From Octopus bimaculoides (taxonomy: Eukaryota): DNA of 64,000 nucleotides. Position numbers and translations under genes: made by a program. The DNA is taken from assembly GCF_001194135.2 (NCBI RefSeq), contig NC_068983.1, positions 112,268,072 through 112,332,071 on the forward strand, in the 5' to 3' direction. The notes beneath the pieces were generated by a model. The model saw only the letters and a program-made list of their open reading frames with translations, ran no database searches and was not told the DNA's origin. Shown here piece by piece: positions 51,192 through 64,000 of this stretch (position 1 is its first letter; each line of letters begins with the position of its first letter).

Positions 51192-51469
51192 TCAGTATAC
51201 CTAGATTATTAATAAAACACAACTGTAGCTAACTATGAATTTCTTCACAAAGTGCTCTTGAATTTGGTCTAGTAAGGAAACCAAGGTCACTTAGAAGCTT
51301 TCCTTTTTCAAATATTTCATTGCATGTATTAATTTAAAGTTCTCAGTTGCATATGTAGTTTTAACACATATTGACTGAGAGAAATTTCTCAATAAGGAAG
51401 CTGTCTGTCTGAAATTTTTACAAACTGTTTAAGTAAACTATTATAGTAGTTAAATAGAATGAAACATCA

Positions 51470-51872
51470 TCTATAATAATGAACAGGTAATTTTGTCTGT
51501 CTGCCTGTCCAGGATCCCTGTATCTCAGTCTACATTGGCTATACATACACATATTATAACTTTTTGGAATCAGGATGATCTCAGGATTGAAAATCTGCCC
51601 TTCGTTTAGTTCTTGAACACTCATCATTGGGATCAGGTATGGATGGGGATTTGTTATATGCTGACAGTTGAAAATTCAAATTTTAAAAGAACTCCAGAAC
51701 TTTGTGAACTTACAAGTTTTTCATTTAAACTGAATTTAAAGTAATACAATATTGGTAGGGTACCAACAAATGCTTTATTATTATTGTTCTTTTTAGTTTC
51801 GGGCTACAGGCTCAATTAGCCCTCCACAGGAGGTAGCTTTAAAGTCTGCATGGAGTGAGGTTTTCATGCTAG
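51470..51872 (+). mobile_element. Non-autonomous Helitron
   Basis: A|TC 5' end (TCTATAATAATGAACAGGTAATTTTGTCTGTC) and CTAG|T 3' end with a decayed hairpin; both ends are homologous to 44310-45481. Confidence 0.75.
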
Positions 51873-53196
51873 TGTCAAATATTATAGAGTATCAAAATGT
51901 GCAGAAAACATGGATATGGAATAATTATTATGTAGAGTCTGTGATCATAATGTTGCAGTTGATTTTAATAATCTATGATAGTTAAGTTTATCCTAGCATA
52001 GTATACCTAAGTAACCCTACTGGTACAATGTATGTGTATCTTACTTTCATTGATGTTACATAGCCAGTTGATTAAGATGTCATTGCTACTGGGTGGCATC
52101 TAGAACAAATGTCTTTTACTATAACCCCAGTATGACTGAAACTTTATAAATGAAACTGGGTTGATAAAAACTGTGTGGGACCCCGTATGATTCAGGGTTA
52201 GCTTTGCTACATATTGTGTCACACTGTTTCAGCATGAGAATTTCATTAAATAGAGATACACAAGTCTATGGAATATTCAATCACTTGCATATTAATGTAA
52301 TGTGTAAGGAATTCAGTAGAGCACATGACTGAGTGCTTATCATTGAAACTGGCAGATGATCCATCATATTGCTTTCATTAAAAATTCAAATTGTGCAGCA
52401 GTAAATGCTGGATTACATACCATTAGATAATGATCTAAATATTGAAGTGATTGAGTTATTACATAATTCCTCTTGAGTAAAATATGTTATATATGTGGAA
52501 CTGACTTAATGAGAGATGTCATGCCTTCAATTTATTTACACAGAGTGTATTTCACTGTAAAATGTTTTTATCAGTGTAGATGCCTAAATCTATAAAACAT
52601 TTATGCTAACATTCCTCTGCAAAGCTCAAGCCTAGCTTACATCTGACTATTATTCCTTATCCATGAGATGGTACTGCTGTTACACACATGTCATATACTG
52701 CATTCATATTTATTTGAATTCAGTATAAGACATAATATAAAGCAATCTGATTGACTTCTTCAACAGTGATTACTCAGAGCTAGTAAGCTTTAAATCCTCT
52801 CTACTCATTTGAACTATTTATCTCCCCTTCTTCTGTCTGACTGCATTTCACTTCAAGTTTATTCTCCACAAAATTCTGAATACTCTAAATATTTCTTCCT
52901 ATACATGTTTTCCCTGAAAATATCACAAACGAGGTGTTTAAGTTAAATATCAACTGTATCAATTTTAATAGTCTCTGATGGTCTGCAAAGGTGATGAGTT
53001 CTTGTGGTCAGCCATCTGCTGTAGCAAAATTATGAGAAAGTAGGGGCCCAGGAATGAAATTTGTTTAGAGTGTGCAAACTTGGGTCCAAATTTTTTTATG
53101 AATGCACAGGTATAACTGTGTGGTAAAAAGTGGTGCTGCCTTGTGAGTGGATTTGGCAGGCAGAAAATGAAAGAAGCTCGTTGTATATATATGATA

Positions 53197-53950
53197 CTCT
53201 ATGAACTTTGCCCAGGCTATTCTTATTCTAGCAGCTACACTTTCAGCGCACCCTCCCCCACTACTAACTTGGTCACCTAGATAGCAGAAGCTATTAGCTA
53301 CGTCTAGTTTTTCGCCCTGGAATGTGGCAGAAATTGTTTTCTGCACATTTACAGTGTTTATTGCTCCTGAACATCTGCCACATACAAAAACTATCTTGCT
53401 AGTTAGCCTTCTTTGATATTGCTGCACCTCTTATGTGTCCATAGCTTGCACTGGGTGCATCTTATAGAGCTTCTACCTATGCCTTTTCTACAGATTGAGC
53501 AGGGCCATCTACCTGAAGGGGTTTGTGTTTTGTCTACCTTCCTACTTACTAGGACTTTGGTTTTAGCTAGGTTGACTCTAAGGCCCTTCGATTCTAGTCC
53601 TTGCTTCCACACCTGAAACATCTCCTCTAGTTCTGATAGTAACTCAGCAATTAGTGCAAGGTCATCAGCATAGAGGAGCTCCCAGGGGTATCCTGTCTTG
53701 AATTCCTCTGTTATCACCTGGAGGACTATGATAAATAGGAGGGGGCTGAGGACTGAACCTTGGTGGACCCCTACCTCTACCTGGAATTCTTCACTGTACT
53801 CGTTGCCAACCCTCACCTTACTGACAGTGTCTCTGTACATGGCTTGCACAGCTCTCACTAACCATTCTTCTATCCCTAGTTTCCTCAATGACCACCAGAT
53901 AAGGGATTGGGGGACCCTGTCAAAGGTTTTCTCCATGTCAATGAAAGCCA
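53197..53950 (-). mobile_element. RTE LINE reverse transcriptase fragment with inserted PHD finger
   Basis: FIDMEKTFDRV..GVHQGSVLSPLLF..LLYADDL..GLRVNLAKTK, then CSIC..CTQC..THKRC..CGRC, then FCYLGD. Confidence 0.92.
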
Positions 53951-55010
53951 GGATCCTAATTTCACTTTCAATTGAGAAAAGTAAGCATTAATCTTAATAT
54001 GTGCTAAAAGTTTTGCATAAGCCTTCCTTCATAGAATCGAATATATCTAGAATGCTATCACTTTCTATGTGTTTCTTTCAACGACAACAAATGTTTGTTG
54101 TGATTTGATCTAAAGATTAATTATAAATGTCACCTAAGTTCACATTTTTTTTTTTTTTGTGAAGATGTATAATAGAAGTGTTCTAGTACAGTTAAGAATT
54201 AACAAATATTTTCTGTGCAGCTCAAAATAGCTCTGAACATCTCATCTCACTGAGAAAATTTATCTGAAGTGTTTTCTTATCTCACAGCTTTTCCACTTCA
54301 CTTTATTATGCTTTCATCCCCTCTGTAGTTATATTACTATTTAGAGTTCACTGGAAATCACAGGAAGTTGTTGATGTCCAATTGATCTTCAAATAAATCA
54401 CTTTTAAATTGATCCTATTATCCATTACATGTTTCTTCTCTGTAGGTGAAAAGTTGTCATTCTTGCTTGCTCATCCTGTGAATAACATTAGCCAACCCCC
54501 AAATAATTTCCCTAATCACTTTATTTAATCCTATTGTGGTTATTTTTAATGTTGAAGCATTCCAAAAATATCAAACCTGCATTTTTATTTGTTGACAGGA
54601 ATCATGTTTTTGTTATCAAACACATTTGAAACCTTTGTAAAACTGTGGTAAAGTGGTCTTTTACCAGTTTTGTATCTGTCTTTTGACAACAGTTGTCACT
54701 CTGACAGATATTGTTATATTCCGAAGTCGTCAATAGAATGGTTCTATCTGGCACTGTACAACCCCTAGTCATAGTGTTATTATCCTCCAAAGGTTCGATC
54801 AGTATAATGTCCACTCAGTCTCACAGTATAATTATTATATCAGCACAGACATGACTATCAACAGAGTTTACACATATACATGGCCTTCTCCCTGTTGACC
54901 AGCTACTGGTCTATTTATAATGGCTGGCTACTACCACTTTTTACCGGAAGGGGTGTACAGTTTCACTATACAACAAAAATAAAAGTTCCTTCACTGCTCT
55001 ATTAACCCCT

Positions 55011-55224
55011 TTGTATTAAGATTTCTCTTGAAAAACACTGATTTTGTTTCAACTAATTTTTTAAATAATGAAGAATTTACTAAAAAAATACTTTGATATT
55101 ATTAAGTCGGTGTTTTTAACATGAAATTTTGTATGGAGTGTTTTCATTTAGATCAATTTAAAACGAAAAGCTTACATCGTAAGATCAGGGTTAGAATCAG
55201 GTGGGTTGGTATCAAAAGAGCTAA
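55011..55224 (+). mobile_element. Second TTAA/piggyBac-like MITE family, degenerate
   Basis: ttaacccctttg ... caaaagagctaa termini; internal sequence is unrelated to the 43445 family. Confidence 0.45.
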
Positions 55225-55285
55225 TGTAGACTTTAGATTATAATTTTTTGATGCATTCTTGTTACAAATTTATGTCAGAACCAGT

Positions 55286-57182
55286 ATTCTTTTCTTCTCT
55301 ACACTAGGTACAAGGCCCAAATTTTTTTGGGACAGGGCCAGTCAATTAGATTGACCTCAGTATGCAACTGGTACTTAATTTATCGATGCCAAAAGGATGA
55401 AAAGCCAAGTTGACTTTGATGGAATTTGAACTCAGAACACAGAGACAGACGAAATACCAGTAAGCATTTCGCCCAGCATGCTAATGTTTCTGCCAACTTG
55501 CTGGCTTAATGTCAGAACCAATATTGGGAAGAAACTGATGATTACTTTGGGAATAATTCTCATCAAACAGCTGCCACAGTTTGTACTTAAAAATGTATCT
55601 TCTGAAGATGACTCATGCAGAAGAATGATTTTTAAAGAACATTAATAACTTAATGTTTCCAAATTATGAGATTGATTTTTTCTAATATGGAGTTATTTGA
55701 CAACCAATTTGTTTAATAAAATATAAGCATCATATTGACAAAGTAACTATTGAGTTGGTAATTAAAAGGAACTTTGATTTAGGCACAAGGCCAGCAATTT
55801 TGAAGGAAAGGGTTACTTGATAACATCGACCCCAGTACTAAACTGGAAATTTACTTTATCAACCCCCAAAAGATGAAATGCAAAGTTAACCTTGGCAAGA
55901 ATTGAACTCAGAATGTAAAGAGCCACAAAAAATAATTTAAAGAATTTTTGTGATACTTTAATGTTTTATGTTGGTAATTAACAATGTAATAACGTAAGTA
56001 TAATGACTTTGATTTAAGGTAATGATTGTTTGTATTATATATTTTGTTCTAAGTTGTTTGAGATGGTTGACACTTTTTCATTTGTATTGTTTTCCTGTTC
56101 TAACAGGGAAAAAGTTTTTACAGATACAGGCTTGGAGAGGAGAAACAATAATAATGATAATAATCATTTCTACCATAGACACGAAGCCTAAAACTTTAGG
56201 AGGGGGCTAATCAATACATTCAACCCCAGTACAAAGCTAGTACTCTATTTTATCGATCTCAAAAGGATGAATGGCAAAGTTGGAATTTGAACTCAGAACA
56301 TTAAGGTGGACGAAATGGCATTAAGCATTATGTCTAGCATACTAATGATCTTGCTAGCTTGCTGCCTCAACAACAACAATAATAATGAAAATGATTTCTA
56401 AGTCTGGTCACAGATGTGTTCAGTACATTTGATTAAATTAGGCTCAATACTTGAATAGTGCTAATCTAAACTGTCTGGGGAGATGAATGATGAATCTGCT
56501 ACTGGTGAGATTTGGACATAGAACTGAAAAATGTATCACTAAAACTCCTGCAAAACATTTTGCTTGTTACTCTATTGATTCTGCTAATCTATTACCTATT
56601 TCTTCCTAGTAAAGGCACAAGGACCTGATTCTTATTTTATCAACCCCCAAGAAGATAAAAGGCAAAGTTTTAGGCAAAAGATAAAAGAGCCAGGAGAAAC
56701 GCTGTCAAACATGTTGTCCAACTTACTAACATTTTGCCAGGTTGTTGCCTTAATAATAACAATCCTTTCTACTGTAGGCACAAAGCCTAACATTTTGGGG
56801 GAGGCAACTAGTCAATTACCTTTACCCCAGGGCTCAACTGATACTTATATCAATGACCCCAAAAGGATGAAAGGCACAGTCGACTTTGGCAGGATTTGAA
56901 CTCAGAATGTAAAGACAGACGAAATGCCACTAAGCAATTTGCCCAGCATGCTGATGATTCTTATTTCTTTACTACACACAAGGGGATACACAGAGGGGAC
57001 AAACAAGGACAAACGGATTAAGTCGATTATATCGAGCCCAGGGCATAACTGGTACTTATTTAATCGACCCCGGAAGGATGAAAGGCAAAGTCGACCTTGG
57101 CGGAATTTGAACTCAGAATGTAGCAGCAGACAAAATACCGCTAAGCATTTCAACCAGCATGCTAACGATTCTGCCAGCTCAT
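55286..57182 (-). mobile_element. Cluster of about six SINE family E copies in the same orientation
   Basis: Repeated aaggatgaaaggcaaagt..atttgaactcagaa blocks near 55395, 55870, 56265, 56655, 56865 and 57075. Confidence 0.75.
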
Positions 57183-57219
57183 TGCATACAGATGATTCTG
57201 CCGGATCACTGCCTTCTTA

Positions 57220-57236
57220 ATAATAATGATAATAAC

Positions 57237-57278
<42 letters not shown>

Positions 57279-57292
57279 GATAATAATAATAA
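57220..57292 (+). repeat. (AAT)n microsatellite at the 5' junction of the R4/Dong-like LINE
   Basis: Direct reading of the sequence. Confidence 0.95.
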
Positions 57293-60200
57293 CGAAACAA
57301 GTCTAAAACCTGGAAACATTGAAGGTGAAACTAATGATTATGGTACTCTAAAAATGAGTATAATCAAAGAATTGAAAGCCACAGATCCCAGCATGGACCA
57401 CTACTTGTACCTTCCAATAATGAAGATTGATAATGAAACAACATCAATAATAAATAGCATGAACTTTTCATCACAGAACTAATAGCCACAGAAACAAATG
57501 TCAATATGATGAGGTTAAATGACATAATATATGCAGCAGTCTCTGTGGCCACAAAAGAGGCTGGATACCCCCTCAAACCCATCCAAACTAGAGTATCACC
57601 ATCCAAACAAACCCAGTGGATAAATAATATCCAGAAAAAATAGAAAATACAAGAAAGGGTCTGTCAATTCTTAATGAAACTAGCAGACAATCAACACTAC
57701 TAAGCAACAAGAAGAGAAGAAAGATACTACATAAGTACAAAATTACAGAACAAGGTACACCTGCGGTAAGAGAACAGCTAAAGCAAGATATTCTCACCAA
57801 AGCACAAAGAATCCACCAGTATGAGAAATACCAACGTTTCATTGAACTACAATCCCAAAAGATTCTACCAAGAACTTGGTAAAAATAAAATAGAGATTAA
57901 TGCAACACCAACAGCAGAAGAAGTGGAAAAATTTTGGTAAACAATATGGTCGGCGAAGGAACAACCTCAGAAAAGATCTATCAAAACAACAAACACAGCA
58001 CCGGAACAACTCTGGACTCCTATGGTAACTGAAGAGGTCACCCAGACACTGCAAAAACTAAGCAACTGGAAGGCATCTGGGCATGACAAGATACCCAACT
58101 TCTGGTTAAAATATCTAACAGGAATGCATAAAATTCTGGCTGAGAAATTTCATGAAATACTAGCAGACCCAGAGACAATGCCTGATTGGTTCACAGAAGG
58201 GAAAACTATCCTAATTCCCAAATCCAAAGAAAGGTAAACCCACAAAATTACAGACTGATAACTTGTCTCCTTACACTTTACCACCTTACAAAGCCTTTGC
58301 TGCAATAGTATTGCAGAGAATGGGCAAACGTCTGGAAGAAAGCAACCTGTTTCCAGAAGAGCAGAACAGATGCCACAAGGGCTCATATGGCTGTAAAGAT
58401 CAGCTACTGATCAATAGAACCATAACTGAAGACAGCCACAGAAAGAAGAAGAGTCTAAGTATGGCTTGGATCGATTACCAAAAGCTTTTGATAGTATTCC
58501 TCACACATGGATCCTAGAAACACTTGCCATGAACAAGGTAGCACCAATAATCATAAAATATATAAAACATTCCATGAATAAATGGTAGACAGTGTTACAG
58601 CTCCAGACAAAAGAGAGACTCATAAAAACCAAAGCCATCCCCACTAGAGGAATATTCCAGGGAGATGTGCTTTCTCCACTCATTTTCTGTTTAGCATTGA
58701 AATCTTTATCTGAAATGCTAAACAGAACTGGATGTGGATACAACTGCCATGGCAAAACAATCATCTATCTCTTGTAAATGGATGATTTAAAACTGTATGC
58801 TACAAATGATAAGCAGCTAGAAATGTTACTACAAACAGAACATGGATTTACCAAAGAAAGAAACATGAAATTTAGCTGTGACAAATGTGCCAAACTAGTT
58901 AAGAGTAACAACATCACACTAGATAAAGCCAATGAAATAAAAGAATTAGACCAAAGCCAGCCATACAAATATTTAGGAATCAATGAAATAGACACGATAC
59001 AACACACACAAATGAACGAGAAGATAAGAAAGGAATCCTATGGATGAGTTAGATTAATACTGAAACAGAGCTCAATGCGTAAAACAAGATAATAGGTATC
59101 AACACTCTAGCTATCCCACTTATAAGTTACAGCTACAATATGCTTAACTATCAAAATAGACAGGAAAACAAGAAAAATAATCACAGGATTTAGGATGCAC
59201 CACCCAAAATCTGACAGAGAAGGGCTATACATACAATGTATGAAAGGTGGTAGAGGCCTTATACAGCTAGAAAACTAATACAAATAGCCACAAAACACAA
59301 CAAAACAAAAAGACTGTATTCTGTCTTCAAGGAAGCTGACAAATACAAAAAAGAAGTCATAGTACCTAACAACTATGAAGAAAAAGAAGAAATAACAAAA
59401 GCTGCAAAACAACTGCAATTCAGACTAAAACCAGAACAGCAATGTATTATGATAAAGCAATTGTAGGAAAAGCCCCTACATGGAAAATATTGGGATAAGC
59501 TAAACAGAAAATAAATAGACAAAGCAAAATCCCAGCAATGGCTGAGAAGCTCAGGACTCAAAACAGAGACTGGAGGATTTTTAATTGCAGCACAAGATCA
59601 AAGCCTTCACATCAGAAATCACCAAAAACATACAATGGAAAGAAATACAAGTAACTACAGAATATGTGGTGATGGCGATGAAACAATAAATCATATTGTT
59701 TCTGGCTGCCCATTACTAAGAAGGAATATATTCACAAGCAACACAGAGCTGAAACCTATACAAACTGGAAGCCATGCTAACACTACAGAATAACAACAGA
59801 AAAAAGATGGTATAGGTACACCACAGAAAAGGTCACAGAAAATGAGAAAGCAACCATACTCTGGGATATGCCAATACACACAGGTAAAGAACTTAAGGCC
59901 AATAGGCTGGATATAATTGTCAGAGATCACCAAGAAAAAATGTTTTCTAATCGATGTCTCAATACCAAGAGATGATAATGTTTCTCTAATAGAAATGGAG
60001 AAACTTTCAAAACACAAGGATCTGGAAATAGAGGTAACTCAAATGTGGAGCCTAAAAACAGGAACAATTCCTATTATTGTAGGTGCATTAGGTATGATAA
60101 AAAAAAAAAATCCATCCAGACAAATGCATAAGAAAAACACCAGGACTTATAAGTATATAAAACATACACAAAATAGCACTGCTAGGCACCGCACACATCT

Positions 60201-60328
60201 TACATAAAACACTTTCAGTACAGTGAAAATAAGAGCACCACAACAAAACCACAGCATATACCCAAAGCACACAGAGCTGGACTTGGTAGTGCAGTAAAAG
60301 CACATGATAAAAAAATAAGACTACTGAG
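57293..60328 (+). mobile_element. R4/Dong-like non-LTR retrotransposon (RT + CCHC + restriction-like endonuclease), frameshifted
   Basis: NWKASGHDKIPNFWLK..PDWFTEGKTILIPK; MAWIDYQK; GIFQGDVLSPLIF; MDDLKLYA; CRICGD..ETINHIVSGC; ANRLDII..CFLIDVSIP..EKLSKHKDL..PIIVGALG. Confidence 0.92.
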
Positions 60329-60329
60329 T

Positions 60330-60336
60330 AATAATG

Positions 60337-60402
<66 letters not shown>
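60330..60402 (+). repeat. (AAT)n microsatellite between two R4/Dong-like copies
   Basis: Direct reading of the sequence. Confidence 0.95.
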
Positions 60403-60405
<3 letters not shown>

Positions 60406-60701
60406 GACCTGGAAATAGAGATAACTCGAATGTGGAATCTAAAAACAGAAACAATTCCTATCATAGTAGGTGCCTTAGGTATAATAAAAAAATATTCAGA
60501 CAAATACATAACAAAAACACCAGGACTTACAAATATATATAACATACAGAAAATTGCACTACTGAGTACTGCACACATTCTACACAAAACACTTTCAATA
60601 CAGTAAACGAGCACCACAGCAAACCACAGCACATACCCAAGGCGCACAGAGCTGCGCTCGGTAGTGAAGTGAAAGCACGCTATAAAAATAAACTATTGAA
60701 C
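60403..60701 (+). mobile_element. Second, 5'-truncated R4/Dong-like copy
   Basis: KDLEIEITRMWNLKTETIPIIVGALG..IQKIALLSTAHILHKTLSIQ*, same 3' UTR, (AAT)4 tail. Confidence 0.9.
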
Positions 60702-62374
60702 AATAATAATAATATGTTCTTATGGACAAAAAGTGATTTTGACCACTGCTGAATGAAGGCATAAGCCGACCAAGCTGCATTGCAATGTTTCAAAATCTAC
60801 ATGGGCCTCAAAATAATGAAAAACCTGCATATTTTCAATTTTTGTGTGACCTGGTTTAACAAGAGATCCAAGCTTTATATAGTTTAGGATCTCACAAAGT
60901 TTAAATCTACACTGTGTTGGTAATTGGTGTAGCCTGTTAGAGTTCTTCCTTTCAACTTTGTATTTGTAAGCCAGCTTGGTAATGAGAGTGCAAACTTGTA
61001 ATTATTTAGTCTCAGCTGGCAAAGAAGTATACAAACCTTTGTTAAAACTCTGGTATACTAGAAGCTAAACTTATTGAATATGGTTAATCTGGTTTTTGAC
61101 TTCATTTTACAGGATTCAAGTTAATGTAGAAATATATTGCTACTATGCTGCTGAACCATCATAGCTAACTGATTCCTGTCATCAAGACTATATGACACAA
61201 AATAATTATGACAAAAAAAAAAAATAAATGACAAATGTAATTTATTTCTCAACACACTACAAGCTATTGGTCAGCATCTAGAATTTTGGACAGCAGAGAC
61301 TGCCAATTTTTATAGCATGAGTTAATTTAATAGGAAATTCCTACATTAGATTGGACAACCTCATTTATGGATTTTCCTACTCAATAGTAGGAATTACTTT
61401 TCCTGTCAGTAGCAGAAAATAGCAATATTTCTATGTAGTTTTTTTTCTTGTTTACACTTGTTTTATTCGTTAGTCTGAATATGAAAAGGGTTTCATTTTC
61501 TTTCCAAGGCCTTTCACATCTAGATGGCACTGTAATAACTGAATTATTGAGATTTATGGTTTGTTTAGGTTCCCTTGTATGTTAGAAATTGATTGGAAAA
61601 CTAGGAATGGGCTGAAACAAAATAGAGCCTTGTCATACTGCCAAAGACTGATGCTTCAGAAAATAATAATTAGCAAGTTAATTTGCAATTAGCTCAACTG
61701 GGAACCAAAACTGCATCACAAACAACTTTCCAGGAGTACATCATCACTCTACAGTGATGGCCCTGAAGAATTGATTAACAGAGGGAAAGACAGAAGAAAA
61801 TGCTTAATTCAGAATGTGGAGAAGCACAGAGAATGAAGAGGTTGGTATAATGAACAAGCTTTGAGGCTGGTGGCATATAATCATTAATTATAGAATAGCA
61901 GAGAATATTTTAATTGCAGAGTCAGCATCTCAGCTGTAAGTTAATATTTGTAGAAGTTTGATTAAAACAGGAGTTGTACTTCAAGAAGAAGGCTTCATAT
62001 TGTAATATGGTCCATAATGCAGGCATATACTAAGGTCTTTGTACCACAGGTGCTATATACATATATGTATTTATAAATATTGGTGTACAAGTAACTTTGA
62101 AAAATAAAATGTTTTCCATTTCTTTTGATACATGGTTATTTAATTTAAATTACATTTTATTATATTTATTTTTCTTTCATCTTATTTCTTGTAATTTAAA
62201 TTTAAATTATGTCAAGTGGGGAAACTCTTAGAATTCCTCTCTCTTTTTCTCCCCCTCTCACCTCTCTCTCTCTCTCTCTCTTTCACATTCTCTGTCTACA
62301 GACACACATATGCATATCTGTCTATATATCAATATGTATGTATGTATGTATGTATGAATCAATCTATCTATCTA

Positions 62375-62442
<68 letters not shown>

Positions 62443-63574
62443 TATGATTTTTTTTCATTCTGAACTATGCAAGCATATTTTCAAGAATATGGAGTTGTTA
62501 GTGTTTGAATATTTGTGGCTCCGGTTTTTGATGTCTACCTATTTTGAGTGGAAATATGATTAATACGTTTGATCGAGTCTGTAAAAAAATTTTAATGGAA
62601 AGATCAGACATTTGATTGAGACTTGCACACTCATATGCATTTTTACATACATCAGCACAAAGGAGTGAAAAGAAATTTGTTGTGCATGCATGTGCACATA
62701 AGGAAGAAATTACTTGGACACAAAATATATCAAAATAGACAAATAGTTTAATTGAAGTAAATATTAGGAATTACTGAAGTCATGCATTACACACAGTCCA
62801 GAAATTTATATTTAAATCAGTTTTTCTTTCTTTTGTTGCTGAAACCTCATATAATAAGAATGGAATAGCTCACCCTGAAAAAATTATGACAAAAAACTTA
62901 AAAAGAAAATTTACAAATTTTTCCAATTGTTAAAAATTTTTAAATAGTTTTCATTGCTCCAGTTTGATATATATATATAGATATCTCCTCCTCACCAACC
63001 CTAACTCTGTATAAACCAGCTCAATGCTCTGCTTCCCCTAATTGAGTTTGAATTCCTCAGCTGATAGAATACAAAATTCAGAAGATGAACAGATAAGAAT
63101 TTTATCCTTTCAACCTCATTCATGTACTCCTGTTTCTGTGTAGATTATAACCCTATCCCCCTCCCATTCGTTCTTTATTATCTATCTATTTTTTTACCAT
63201 GTAAGCATAGCCTGATAGATTTGTCTTCCTTGTTTGTCTTAAGCTCATGCATATGCATTAATCGTCACATTTTATTTATTCTATTTAATTTAAGTTTATC
63301 ATTTCATTGATTCATTCTCTCTAAATTTGTCTACTATAGTATACAAATGCAGAAGATGTTCTCGCCTAAATTTGCTGGCTCACGCTACGCCCTCCCTCCC
63401 ACTCCTCCACCTTTACCGGAAGTACTCCTGCGAACACTTCTAAGGGCCTAATGCCATCCCAACCCCTACACAGGGTTTATCAATCATATAGCACATAAAA
63501 ATGGTGTAGTGTATGCAGGTTGTAGGCTATTGTTTGTTTATGAATTCTGCCAAATGCAAGCTTTCTTTTCAGGT

Positions 63575-64000
63575 ACATGTCACTGCTGTCCCTCATCCCA
63601 GGGTCTCAGAGGCCCACACCTCCCACACCCTCAAGGTTGGCACACTCAACGTCGGCACACTGAAAGGTAAGTCTGGTGAGATTGTTGAGATGCTTGAATA
63701 GAGATGTGTCGATTTGTGTTGCCTCCAAGAAGTAGGGTGGAGAGGAGGTTCCACTAGGTTCCTCACAGGCAAAGAACACAGGTACGAGATTTTCTGGGCA
63801 GGGAACACTGACGGGGTCGGGGGCGTAGGTATACTTCTTGCGGAGAAATGGTTTGATAAGGTAATCGAGATAGTCAGAGTATGTTACAGAATACTTAAAA
63901 TTAGATTAGTGCTTCACCATAGGTTAGCTAAGATTTTCTCAGACTATGCCCCTCAGCCGGGGCTACCTGATGGACAGAAAGGCCAATATTATGACACCCT
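63575..64000 (+). mobile_element. RTE LINE 5' coding region (apurinic-like endonuclease), runs off the window
   Basis: LKVGTLNVGTLKGKSGEIVEMLE*RCVDLCCLQEVGWRG..IFWAGN..GVGILL..YAPQPG. Confidence 0.9.

Noticed and set aside
54602-54814. Possible upstream kinase-homology exon of the cyclase
   Set aside because: No kinase-like motif such as WTAPE or DVYSF and no convincing splice context. No upstream exon was found in 47114-64000.

Overview
AT-rich, microsatellite-dense eukaryotic DNA with 8 assembly gaps. The repeat landscape resembles an octopus/coleoid cephalopod genome (inference from recalled repeat families, not a database search). The only host gene I can support is a minus-strand receptor-type (transmembrane) guanylyl cyclase. 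Three of its exons are present: end of the kinase-homology domain (47113-46942), coiled-coil hinge (42436-42296) and first half of the cyclase domain (2628-2436). They join in frame across 4.5-kb and 39.7-kb introns, and the last exon appears to use a GC donor. Everything else is intronic and packed with mobile-element remains: RTE LINEs (one with a PHD finger inside the RT region), an R4/Dong-like LINE in an (AAT)n tract, Penelope-like RT and GIY-YIG remnants, several tRNA-derived SINE families, mariner and Helitron remnants, and TTAA (piggyBac-like) and hAT-like MITEs. The most interesting signals are: (i) a set of minimal hammerhead-ribozyme motifs from 3-4 families, one inside a tRNA-headed SINE that inserted as a unit with a target-site duplication; (ii) two diverged, convergent gag/ORF1-like CCHC ORFs with no partner RT, lying between a Penelope endonuclease remnant and hammerhead motifs; (iii) a near-perfect 40-bp hairpin. 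All alignments were done by eye.
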